Positions 27,801 to 37,419 of a stretch of 64,000 bases of DNA are shown piece after piece; within the stretch, counting starts at the first letter, position 1; each line of letters begins with the position of its first letter. The position numbers and the translations under genes were made by a program. A model generated the notes under the pieces. That model was given only the letters and a program-made list of their open reading frames with translations. It searched no databases and had not been told where the DNA came from. The DNA is from Tubiluchus corallicola (Eukaryota > Animalia > Priapulida). Location: contig JAQGDQ010000096.1 in NCBI GenBank assembly GCA_030141605.1, positions 1 to 64,000 on the forward strand, written 5' to 3'.

Positions 27801-30800
27801 CAATTGATGAAATTGTCAACTTTATGAAGGAACAATTTGACCCGAATCTTTTCATACTGCGTGAACGTTTCAAGTTCTGGAGTAACATGCAAAGGAAGCC
27901 AGGCGAAACTACATGTGACTTTTCTTCAATCCAAAACCCACTAGATGAAGCTGTGAGACAGAGGTTCATATGCTCAATCAATAACGAAGCTGTTTTGAAG
28001 GCTGTCTTCAAAATCAAGGATGAACAGCTGACTTTCGCCCGTGCTATCCAAATCGCTGCCGATCTGTGGTGACTACTCAGTCGGCATCAACGATCAGCTA
28101 GAGGACCACCGTCATCCAATGCCACTCCTAGAGGAACTGATGCAGAAGCTGGGAGGCGCATACGGCTACACGAACATCGACCTTGCTGATGCCTACAACC
28201 AGATTAAGCTGGCACCCAAGAGTCAACGCAGGCTGACGACGACGACGGGAGGCAAATGGTGAAGACATGGACACGGTGTGTGCCATTAAAGTTCTCAGTC
28301 TTCAAGTCAAGCCTATGGATGCCAACATCCTCCGACAAGAGTCCGGGAAAGATCCAGTGCTAGCTACGGTCATGTGCTACGTCCGAGAAGGATGGCCGCC
28401 CAAGCACGCTGAGATCAACGAAGAAGTCGAAAAGTTCCGGAAGTTGTCGGATTCACTCAGTATCTGCCACGGATGCCTCATCCATGGATCAAGAGTTGTG
28501 ATTCCACAAAGCCTGCAGTCCAAGATCCTGGATCTTCTGCATATCGGGCATTTCGGCATGGAACGCATGAAACAGTTGGCAAGAACTGCTGTCTACTGGC
28601 CCGGTATCGATGCGGCTATCGAGATGGCTAGCAACGATGTGACTCATGCGGAGAACATCAGAACAAGCCATCCAAGCCTGCAGTTCACCCATGGATGCTA
28701 CCAGAGAAGCCGTGGAGCCGCTTACACCTATATCACGCCATAAACTTCATGGGTACGAACTGGCTGGTGATCACGGATGCTTACTCAACGTATCCATGCA
28801 TTCACCCTACGTCTTCCTCGTCCACTAGAGCCACTCTAGATCTGCTGGAAGAGGACTTTGCTCACTTCGAATTACCTCACACGTTGGTCACAGACAATGC
28901 ATCAACCTTCATGTCTAATGAGTTCCATAGCTGGTGCAGAGAACGTGGGATCACACATCTCACAGGAGCACCATACCATCCAGCTACCAACGCAGCAGCA
29001 TACCGATTGGTGCAGACATTTAAGCAACCACTCAGAAAATCTTCTCTGCCCCCAAAGCAAGCTCTTCAAGAGTTTCTGATGCAGTTCCAGAGAACACCGA
29101 CATCCTGTGGATTCTCTCCGAGTGAACTCTTGATATCTCGGCAGATACGGACAAGGATCGACACCTTGCTACCCTCGCCAGTGCACACAGCTCGGGGCAA
29201 GCAATCCAAGGAGTCATCTCGCTGCACTCCAGACTCGGGAGGTGTCGCCAAGGTCACCCAGCAGTACAAGGCTGGAGAGCCTGTCTATACTCTGTACTAT
29301 GACCTCGTCGAGACGGACATCCCCGATGGGTACCAGCGGTCATCAAGAAAGCTTTGGGTACTCGCTGCTTCAACGTTCTCACGGTCCAGTGTGGAGACGA
29401 CACTGGGAACAGCTACATCCGTGCTACGCTTCTACGAGCCTGGTGAGGAGACGGATTTTTCTTCTGAGCTTCCACCTGATCATCCAATGGAGAACCTGGA
29501 AGAACTGCCAGAAACCCTGAAGCAGACCGGAGCACCTCAGCCCATGTCCGAGACCAAGCCGCATGTGCCTGAGTATGGACCGGACAACCCCAGACGATCC
29601 AAGAGGACACCCAAGCCGAGGGAGAGACTTTGTTGCTGATGCTTTGGAGACAGCATCAATTTCGGTGGGGAGGTGTTGTGGAGATCGCTGGCATCAATTA
29701 GAATTGCATAGAACATAGTAGAATGTTCCATCGGAATGACCGTCTTACCATCTGGATTGTTCTCGAACATTTGTTCGAGAAGTTTCTACAACGCGCTATA
29801 TAAGGCGAAGCAGGCTGCCGGCAAGGGGATATCGCACACACACGGCACACAGAGCACGCAGACCTCACGGATGTAATACTTACATTTTTAGATATACTTA
29901 AACGTTTTCCAGATTTTCACGTTTATTGTAATCATTTCAACGTTCCTTCATCTTTGTGTTTCAGAATTCTCGCTAAATAAAGTAGTAATATTTAACGGTT
30001 TTCTGGTTTTCTCTACGAGCCTTCCGAGAGAAACAAAACACAACACAGTCATAGCATTGAACTTGTTATCTAAAGATCTCAGCAATGTCACTTTTTTGCA
30101 TTTCTTCTGTTTGGTCATATTTAATAGCTATGGTCCATTCCATGAAAAACAATAATCCACGCATTGCAATTTTATATTAAGTGACTGTAATAATGTTATT
30201 CCACACAATGGTGTGCTGACCAAGGTGAAGCAAATGTGCTGGACACCTATTTATGCTTGCTGTTTTATTTTTTACCCAAGGCCACTAACTTCATCGTGGT
30301 CAATGGTAGGAAGCTCATCTATTGATAGGAAAGGTCACTTTAGTGGTACTACTGTGTACCAAATGTTTTTTTGAATATTGGCAGTCCTGTTTTCTTTGTT
30401 TTTTTTTCGATAAAACATTTCACCTTTTGCAGCTTTTGGCATTATTACAGGGTTATTGATTTTTCTACACGGTCTTGAATGTTTCAGTTTTGTTTGAACG
30501 TTTGTGTTAAGTTTGTTAACAATTTAAACATTTAAATTTTATGTCTGTGAAAATATGTCCCTCCCATGTTTATCCATATGTAGTAGTTGATATTAAAAAA
30601 ACAGTTCAGGCTTTGCAAAAAGAAACGGAAGGTAGAGAAGCAAGAAAAGAGGCAGTACAGTAAAGTCGATGTATGTAAAGTGAACTAAAATATTGTCATT
30701 ACTGCAGTTTAGTTTTGGATTAATAAACGAATTATTCTCTGTTCTGAAGTGTTTGTCAAAGTATACGAAAACCGTCTTTTCTCTTACTTTACGACTCTAC

Positions 30801-31935
30801 ACTTTACGATCCGACCGAAATCTACAATTCATTACAGCAACAGAATTAGCAACTATTTTTGTAACATAAAAAATTTGTTTCCATCTCCTGAACATCTAGT
30901 TCAAGATTTTTTTTACTAATTTTATTTAATATTAAAATAGGTATTGTCAGTGTATTATGCTAGCAAATGGTCACGTGTGGAGCATTGCATTCATTCTTTT
31001 TAACGCTTAGTTAAATTTAACTGCAGCACTTTTACTGGTTTTTCTAATTTAATTACAATTTTCCCTGTACATTTATAGATTGAAAATATACGTCGAAGAC
31101 ACAACTATTTGCCATTTATTGTCGAATTATTCAAGATTTTGGCAAAGGAGGGGCAGTTGGTTTCGCTCTATGAAAAGGTATGCGTTTAGATTAGGTTTAT
31201 AGAAAAATGAAGCATTAAGTAAGGTATTACCTAATGTACATGCACTCCCAACTACATTGCCCAGCACTGAACCAGAAGCATTGAATGAGAATGTATGAGT
31301 CATGTTTAGGTAAATGAATAAGTTTTGGATTAGCACAGTTTCAACCTCAGTGGTTTAGTTGTAATACTGAAAGGTTCTTTATGATGTGCTTTTGTGGTGA
31401 AGTGCTGTAGTCTACCTAATGAGAAACACTTAGTTGACTTGGATTGCAAAATGGCACTGGTTTTGATCAGGGTATAAATACTAACACCTAAGTAATCATG
31501 TGTAATAAATGAAAGCGATACTGTATTAGAGCTATATGACATTTTTCTAGAATTTAACCCCACTAGAGTCGTAATCGCTATCACTATTCATAATACAGTT
31601 TATGACACAAAGCAACAGTGATAACATAACATAGTTGATAATGCGATTGTATCATAAACCAACTCTGCTGTTTTGCTGTACTTTAAAGTTGTAGCTTGAA
31701 ACAAGAAATAAATCTAACTCATTTGTATAGGGCAGATATAAGCATAATGCTACCTTATGAAAAATTGGAAAACTATAATTGCCTCAGTTTGAAAGCTGAA
31801 GGATTCAATTGATTAAATTTCATTCTTTGTCTATTTAGCAGTTATATTTAATCTGATATTTGCAATCATTTTTAGGCCAAGCAGAAAACAGCTGAAAAAT
31901 CCAGCAAAGAAAAGCCAAATGTGGTGCCAAACTGA
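9795..31935 (+). CDS. UCHL5: Ubiquitin C-terminal hydrolase L5 (UCH37), 9 coding exons: join(9795..9873,13230..13293,14676..14781,15272..15397,16212..16404,17333..17499,20896..20988,31079..31177,31876..31935); 987 nt, 328 aa
   Basis: All introns are GT-AG with matching phases and the spliced frame is open. It reads MAGGSAGDWCLIESDPGVFSELIRGFG...PVHGLIFLFKW...FFAKQVINNACATQA...EDAFHFVAY...LYELDGL...IENIRRRHNYLPFIVEL. Peptidase C12 Gln/Cys/His/Asp motifs and the UCH37-like C-terminal domain are intact; there is no long BAP1-type insertion. Confidence 0.95.
10140..10885 (+). mobile_element. L2-like LINE RT remnant in UCHL5 intron 1
   Basis: AFADDYQLHLSF...CIEDIRKWM...LKLNDAKMEF and LVQSLITIRIDYCNRLL are L2 ORF2 signatures; disrupted. 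Confidence 0.75.
11195..11996 (+). mobile_element. Non-autonomous Helitron, tandem unit 1
   Basis: A|TCTATAC 5' end; 3' hairpin CGCAAAA-TC-TTTTGCG, then GGGCCTTTG-CTAG; no TSD. Confidence 0.8.
11997..12803 (+). mobile_element. Non-autonomous Helitron, tandem unit 2
   Basis: Begins TCTCTTATATTAAT directly after the unit-1 CTAG; same 3' hairpin and CTAG|T end. Confidence 0.8.
13230..13293 (+). CDS. UCHL5: UCHL5 coding exon 2
   Basis: Acceptor TTGTAG; GVQGVQVEELWSLDPDRLKQLK; donor AA|GTAAAA. Confidence 0.9.
14676..14781 (+). CDS. UCHL5: UCHL5 coding exon 3
   Basis: Acceptor TTGCAG; PVHGLIFLFKWKANDEPSGSVVQDSRLDKIFFAKQ; donor CAG|GTAACA. Confidence 0.93.
15272..15397 (+). CDS. UCHL5: UCHL5 coding exon 4 (catalytic Cys)
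   Basis: Acceptor TAATAG; VINNACATQAILSILLNC...FKEFSQGLDPP; donor GTAAGT. Confidence 0.93.
16212..16404 (+). CDS. UCHL5: UCHL5 coding exon 5 (catalytic His and Asp)
   Basis: Acceptor TTTCAG; MKGLCLSN...HNSFARQ...AFHFVAY...YELDGLKDGPVDL; donor G|GTAAGT. Confidence 0.95.
17333..17499 (+). CDS. UCHL5: UCHL5 coding exon 6
   Basis: Acceptor TTCTAG; DWLDLVRPVLERRINKYSDDEIHFNLMTIVSDRK; donor GAG|GTAAGC. Confidence 0.93.
19047..20463 (+). mobile_element. Helentron-associated non-autonomous element (HINE/DINE-1-like)
   Basis: Subterminal IR TAGGTCCCCTGA (19050-19061) / TCAGGGGACCTA (20430-20441); 5' hairpin; three diverged ~110-bp core repeats (GGTCAC...AAGCTT); 3' stem-loop ACCATC-ATT-GACGGT then CTGGTT. 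Confidence 0.65.
20896..20988 (+). CDS. UCHL5: UCHL5 coding exon 7
   Basis: Acceptor ACATAG; DAGMETEDIAREVSELNSLIKQEEEKIRKYK; donor AAG|GTATTT. Confidence 0.88.
21294..21627 (+). repeat. Gypsy 5' LTR (334 bp)
   Basis: Direct repeat of 29674-30045; TG...CA ends; TATATAA box; AATAAA at 21557. Confidence 0.92.
21633..21650 (+). promoter_or_regulatory. Gypsy primer-binding site, tRNA-Ser-like
   Basis: TGGCGCAGTCGACAGGAT just 3' of the LTR is complementary to a tRNA-Ser-type 3' end (...GACUGCGCCA). Confidence 0.7.
21690..22137 (+). pseudogene. Gypsy gag 5' part (Q-rich N-terminus, frameshifted)
   Basis: MAEQMGALIKLLRQQMDQQAQQ..., then FAAFDSLSELWPNYWSRFRTFVVANAV...LATQQSPSKDI, cut by the BEL insertion. 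Confidence 0.75.
22138..22530 (+). repeat. BEL 5' LTR
   Basis: Direct repeat of 27392-27784; 8-bp terminal IR; TATATAAA box; AATAAA at 22440. Confidence 0.94.
22533..22550 (+). promoter_or_regulatory. BEL primer-binding site (tRNA-Tyr)
   Basis: TGGTCCTTCGAGCCGGAT is complementary to the tRNA-Tyr 3' end. Confidence 0.85.
22608..27285 (+). pseudogene. BEL/Pao gag-pol polyprotein in three frames (22608-23027; ~23000-26330; ~26332-27285)
   Basis: LPKLILPKFDGQILEWLAFWEQF and QKFTYL (DUF1759-type Gag); knuckles CFNCLRSHRLQQC and CQECGSLHHTLLH; protease LLDSGS; RT ADIEKAF, RLPFGL, YVDN; RNase H HIFCDSSEAAY, TLPRLE, NPADLPTRG; integrase GLDHFGP, YSDNA, WERL. Confidence 0.9.
27392..27784 (+). repeat. 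BEL 3' LTR
   Basis: Direct repeat of 22138-22530, preceded by a PPT. Confidence 0.94.
27790..29340 (+). pseudogene. Gypsy gag 3' part, short RT fragment and integrase (HHCC + core), disrupted
   Basis: KELTIDEIVNFMKEQFDP...ERFKFW...QRKPGET; ICGDYSVGINDQL...IDLADAYNQI; LHIGHFGMERMKQLARTAVYWPGID; KPWSRLH...LVTDNASTF...GAPYHPATN. Confidence 0.85.
29674..30045 (+). repeat. Gypsy 3' LTR (372 bp)
   Basis: Direct repeat of the 5' LTR plus two segments absent from it. Confidence 0.92.
31079..31177 (+). CDS. UCHL5: UCHL5 coding exon 8
   Basis: Acceptor TTATAG; IENIRRRHNYLPFIVELFKILAKEGQLVSLYEK; donor AAG|GTATGC. Confidence 0.93.
31876..31935 (+). CDS. UCHL5: UCHL5 coding exon 9 (stop)
   Basis: Acceptor TTTTAG; AKQKTAEKSSKEKPNVVPN*, a K/E-rich tail like the AKEK end of UCH37. 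Confidence 0.82.
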   Translation, partial: AKQKTAEKSSKEKPNVVPN

Positions 31936-32029
31936 AAGGTAGCTCTATTTACTCACTGCACATTTTACTGCGATTTATGCTCAATACTTTACTTCTTCAA
32001 CTAATACCACACTCATATTGCTTCCCTTA

Positions 32030-32295
32030 TCTGAAGGTCTGATGATGTACAAAATCTTGAAAGATCATATGCCTGATTACATGAAACAGTCATTTATATG
32101 TGTTTCAGACATGTGCAACAGGGTCACTCGAGTAGCTGAATCCCGCAAACTTTACTTGCCAAAACCAAAGATAGAAATTTATAAACGCGCTTTGGCTTTT
32201 TCAGGAGTGCGACTGTGAAACTCTTTACCACTAGAAGTGACCGACGCCAATAGCATCAATGCTTTAGGTCACAATTTAAAAAAATGCTTATTAGA
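32030..32295 (+). mobile_element. CR1-group LINE 3' fragment just downstream of the UCHL5 stop
   Basis: LMMYKILKDHMPDYM...LYLPKPKIEIYKRALAFSGVRL*NSLP. Confidence 0.7.
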
Positions 32296-33072
32296 AAATA
32301 CTGTGGCCCATAAACTAATGCAAAGACGTTTTTCATTTTATCTCTTACTGCAGATGTTTTACGAAAGGTTCTGATTGTGTTTGTCTTTGTTCCTATTGTG
32401 TATAAATGTATATTTTGTTAGACCCATTCTGTATAAATTGTGATATTTAATTTATTTTTAAACTGTGTAAATTTCTAAATTGGAATTTTAGTGCTCGTAG
32501 TGTGTAATATTTCTGTCTTGTTTTTTTGCCTTTATTTTATTTTGTGGACCACCAAAAAAAACTGATAGTTTTGTAATTGTTGGTTAAACTGTTATCCACA
32601 TTAAGTAAATAATTAATGATAGTTATCCACATTAATTAAATAATTAATAATAAGAATATTCTAAAATAAGAAGACAATTCTAATCTGCATATATATGTTA
32701 GTGTGCTTGTCAGAGGTAAATTCATTTTGATTTTGTTTTGTTTCAGATGTTGTGTTGTGGATCATAGGTGATTAGCTTTCAGTGTTCTTTTCCACACTGT
32801 ATGAAAACCGGAATGTGATTACTTTACTGAGTGAATGATTGATTTATGAATAATTTCTGAAAAGTATGGAGGCCTGTTCTTTTACAATACAGCAATATGA
32901 AATTTTGCGATGACACTTCAGGCAAGAACCTCAGTGTGTTGATGTCGCTGCAGCATTTTTTAATGCCATGATGTTTGTGAGTACCCTGGATGAGGATTTT
33001 CCAAAGCCCCAACTCTTGTTGACATGCTGGATGGTGGTTGCACATGTGTGTATAAAAAGTACACTAATGATA

Positions 33073-33484
33073 CAGTCAAACCTCGTTATAACGCCAGCCT
33101 TGTTATAATGTCAACTTCTGGCTTGTCCAGATTTTCATAATGCATTAAATATACGGAATACCGCCGATCTGCCAATATATCTGTTGTGCCATTTTACGCA
33201 ATAAATCTACCCCGTTATATTGTCAACCAAGATAAAGCACAGTGAATTGCTGTGGCTGGTTATCTAATTAACCAGTATGTCACAAGATTGCTTCTACATA
33301 TTGTGTTATCTAAGAGTTTTGCAAGGTACCACCTCAAAACTGCACCTGGATTGTTAATGCAGCAAAAATGTACAGTATAATAATAATACTATATACTACA
33401 CCTATTTATGAACCTCACTTTATCCCCGCTATAACGCCATATTCAGCGATATCACAGACCAGGCGTTATAACGAGGCTTGACCG
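33073..33484. mobile_element. Tc1/pogo (Tigger-like) MITE
   Basis: 23-bp TIR CAGTCAAACCTCGTTATAACGCC with 2 mismatches at the right end; TA on both sides. Confidence 0.85.
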
Positions 33485-34549
33485 TAGTTTACTGTGCACA
33501 ATGCAGTGATACTTGTGAAAGAAGCATTATATTTATAAGCTGACATCCATTCAATTTCAGTACAAGCTTTTGTTTTCGTTTATACATTTTTCAAAAATTT
33601 ATGCACTATCCTTGTTATGTTTTTTCTGTTTTACTCTTGGAATGTTATGCCTGGTTGTACTGCAGTGTTTAAAACAAGTAATTGATCAGGAAAATTTAGG
33701 CTATAAAATGTCACGAAAGGGAAATAGAAATTTAACGAAATAGAATAATTAAAATGAAAATGATGTATATGCATATTTAATTTTACAAATGGAATACCTT
33801 AACCACTTTAGCTTAGTTACATGCCATACGACCAAGTATTTAATTTCTAAACGAGTCACTTTCTCTTAGTGTACTACAAAAAATGAACAAGGTTGTGAAC
33901 GTAGTAGTGCCCTGAGAAATGTGATTCCGAATGATAACATTCTATTTTAAATAGAAATTATAGTTTACAAAATACAATAATTATAATTGCTATTAAAAGT
34001 GTCATTACATTGTAAATTTTTTCAATTTATTCACAGCTGTGGGGCTGTTTAACCTTAATCATTAACAAATAGAAAATTACAATAGGTAATGAATGGTAAG
34101 AATAATAACACTGTTAAAGTTCCCAAGTTGTCCATATATTACAGGCTCAGGCTTGCAGATATTTGATTGAAAATGGATATTACATTGGAAAGCTATAAGA
34201 CAGTCAGCATTAAAACTAGTAAAACCACCTGATAGAACACATGCAAAGTTTTGGAGCAAAAGCTAGCGTTCCATTATTATTTTCAGATATTTTGCATTTA
34301 ACATAACCACTTGTCTAGACTAGAATATATATGGTATGTTACGTTTAGAGGCTAGGTCTTTTTGGAATTGATGTTCTACTTATTTAGATTGCTTTGAACC
34401 AGTACAAACTAGAATTATCACATTTTGGTTAGCCAATAGCATGGGGAATGCTACCCAATGTACAACTATGAAACAGTTTTCTTCGTCAAGAAAAAAACAT
34501 TTTCTTCATTTTACGGACCTGCAAATGGTGCACTTACAACTTATAACTC

Positions 34550-34985
34550 TACGAATTTTTTACAAACCTATATTGGATTATGGTCATGTGATATGGAGCC
34601 CAAATTGTCAAGACATGATAAGGAAAATTGAAAGTATACATTCAACGCAGAGCTACTAGACTCGTACCTGCTGTTTCTTATTTACCATATGCTGCAAGTT
34701 TGGGCCTTACAACTCTGAAGTACAAACGCAAAAGACAAATTTTAATTCGAATCCTTAAAGGTATAGAAACCATCAACAGCAAGATATTTTTCCATCGACA
34801 GACACCATGGTACCAGAGGTCAGTCCTACAAAATCAAGAAGAGAACAGTTCCCCAAAGGTGGAGAGAAGTAGGTTCACATTTGCAAGGCGAGTAATTAAT
34901 GAGTGGAACATGCTGTTTAACACTGTAGTTCAAGCCTCCAATCCTACCCAGTTAGGGTTCATCTTGATAGACACTGGAAAAGCAA
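34550..34985 (+). mobile_element. CR1 LINE 3' fragment
   Basis: KPILDYGHVIWSP...IESI/QRRATRLVP...LGLTTLKYKRKR...FARRVINEWN. Confidence 0.8.
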
Positions 34986-36928
34986 TCCTGAAAAATATAT
35001 AGACCCCAGGTTGCCACAATGGCAACATGAAACCTTGTGCTACACTTCATGATCGCATTGTGGCCTCCTATTTGTTCATTTTTTTATATTAATAAAGTAA
35101 ACAAGGAAGAGTGGAGAGGTCCATAAGCTACTTATGCCTAACCTCTATCCTTCGACGGCAACGGTAACAAAATATTTACACTAACCTGAGAAGAATAGCT
35201 GACTTGATGACCAATTGGTCTTTTGCTACCTTTCTCCTGCACACCCTAACTCTTTCCTTTATGCATAATTTATCCTGTTATAGCAATAACACTCTATTTG
35301 TATTCTGGTGTAAGTGAGTAGATAAATAAATGTCTACGCCTACGACACAAATTATTTTTAATAACAAGTCGTCAATTGTTAATTCCAAAAGCTCAAAAAC
35401 AGCTAAACTGGAATGATGTGTGGCGTCAACGTGCCGTGTGTACCAACCAAAAATATCCACTATCGTAAAGGAATAAGGTGCTATGTGTGGTTTATTAGTG
35501 TGCATTTAAAAACGTGTATTTTTTTACAATAAACAATCAAAATATAGTCACAATGAATTAAAAAATTTATTGGAATTGTATTTCTTTAATTATTAACTAT
35601 ATGTATTTATATTATTTATTGCTATACATATATTACTTTTTGGGTTATTTGTGGCACTGATACATGGCACGATTAATAAGTAAACTGGCTTGAAAGAAAT
35701 TTGTGTTAACGACTGTCTTTATTGCACATGCTTATTTCGCGGCTGCCATGACGCGGTTTTTGGAAATTGGAGTCTGCGATACATCATGAAACCATAATGG
35801 TGATTAATGAAATATTTGTATTTATAGCTCTAAGGTTTATTACACCGCTTTAATAACCAATTGAGTTCTTCGTGAATTTTATCTGTTTCACTTCTAAAAT
35901 ATTCCCATACTCTATTTGCATCGTCGCTCTGGAAAGTGCCGTAAATATGATATTTTTACAGAATCTAACAGTAACGACATTAAAGTCAGTTCTGTTGTAT
36001 TTCCTATATACTTGAACGTTTGAGCTTATTTGAGACATACAAAATTAAATCATAATGCTGAGTGATTACTTAAAGAGGTCCAGATATTCCTGCTACTCCG
36101 AAATCATTTTTTCCAGTTGAGATAATAAGGTGTAACCCTATGTGAGGTGTATATGGTTGATGTCAATTATTCAGTAACGACAAGTTCAGAAAATCGTCTT
36201 GAAAACTAACATTGTTAGGAGCTATCTTTTTCTGCCAATCGACTTTTGGATAATCTCACACAATTAATAAGCTGGTTTTCTCAGCAAAACTGTTTAATGG
36301 CCTGTGTAACCCCAACAGACATTGAAGTTTTTTAATTCATTATTATAATTACGCAAAGAATTCATAGTTATTTTTACAAAAGAAACTTATAAGTTAAATA
36401 ACTTACCTTTTTCTGGTGAATTTTGAACGCTTGCATTGCTGTAATCATTAACACTGCTAACAACGAGGTGATAAAAAATCAAAAGAAACAAGTTTTACAG
36501 TAAGATTATAATAAAATAAACTAAATATTCGTAATAAGAGTAGGATTTTAGGTAGTGTTTATTCGGGTAACAAAAGTCAGACTAGGGTGATTAAATTCTG
36601 AAGATTTGTTACAATTTTTGATCACTAGTATTAGGGTGGCTGACGCGCGCCACCATATTGTGGGAGATGAAGGTAGAACATCATTTTCTGGCATATTTCG
36701 GTTATCAGTTTTCAAACAATATGAAAGTAAATTAAAAATCAAATTAATACAGTTAATTTACTGTTGTCGGTCTTTTATCTACCGAAATTTAATTTTCCGT
36801 ACTGTCCTAAGTTTTGAGCAGGAAACTTGTGAAGTTGTCAAAAACGGCTTTACTGCAATCGATCCGTCAGCGTGACATCAAAAATGGCCGCGATTTAAAA
36901 ATTTCGATGGGTATTTTCAAATCAATTT

Positions 36929-37187
36929 GCGGCCCGGACTAACAGCTTCATTTTCGATATTATCAGCCTTACCTGGGTAAAAAAGGTCGGCAAATTTTTC
37001 TGAGACCCGAGCCACAATTAAATTACAACATTTTGTCTGTCAAAATAGCGTGTCTTTTTTTCGCACTGCGGTATTAAGCCTTCAAAGAGTGGAAATCTTA
37101 TTGGCTCGCATCTAAAAATGTTGGTAAATGTGTTATCTTAATTCTAAAACACGTAATGATTGGATAAAATGAGTTAGTCCGGGCCGC
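36929..37187. mobile_element. MITE with 4-bp ATTT TSD (Sola1-like), nested in the 4-kb element
   Basis: Perfect 15-bp TIR GCGGCCCGGACTAAC / GTTAGTCCGGGCCGC; ATTT on both sides. Confidence 0.75.
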
Positions 37188-37419
37188 ATTTGTCCATTTA
37201 GAGAACCCGGTTTGTAATGAAAACTTCTCCTTTGCCTCCTCGCTGATTGGACAATTCGGGTGATGTCATGTACAGCTTGAGCTATGACAAGGCGCTTTGC
37301 GATTGGTTGCTGGAAGTAAATATGTTGTAGATGGGCGCAGCGCCTGAAAGATGTATTGTGAAAGCCAATATCAAAAGATGGAACTTATCTAACTGCAAGA
37401 GTATGCTTACCTGGTAAGT
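37095..37419 (+). promoter_or_regulatory. Candidate promoter and first exon: four ATTGG (reverse CCAAT) boxes and a consensus donor
   Basis: ATTGG at ~37100, 37159, 37246 and 37302 in locally CpG-richer DNA; CTG|GTAAGT at 37413/37414. Confidence 0.35.

Larger units (their letters stand above)
21294..30045 (+). mobile_element. Ty3/Gypsy LTR retrotransposon (Mag-like), internally deleted and interrupted by a BEL element
   Basis: LTRs TGTTGTG...CACAACA; TSD CAGTC (21289-21293, 30046-30050); PBS, PPT GGTGGGGAGG; gag, RT and integrase remnants in Gypsy order. Confidence 0.93.
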
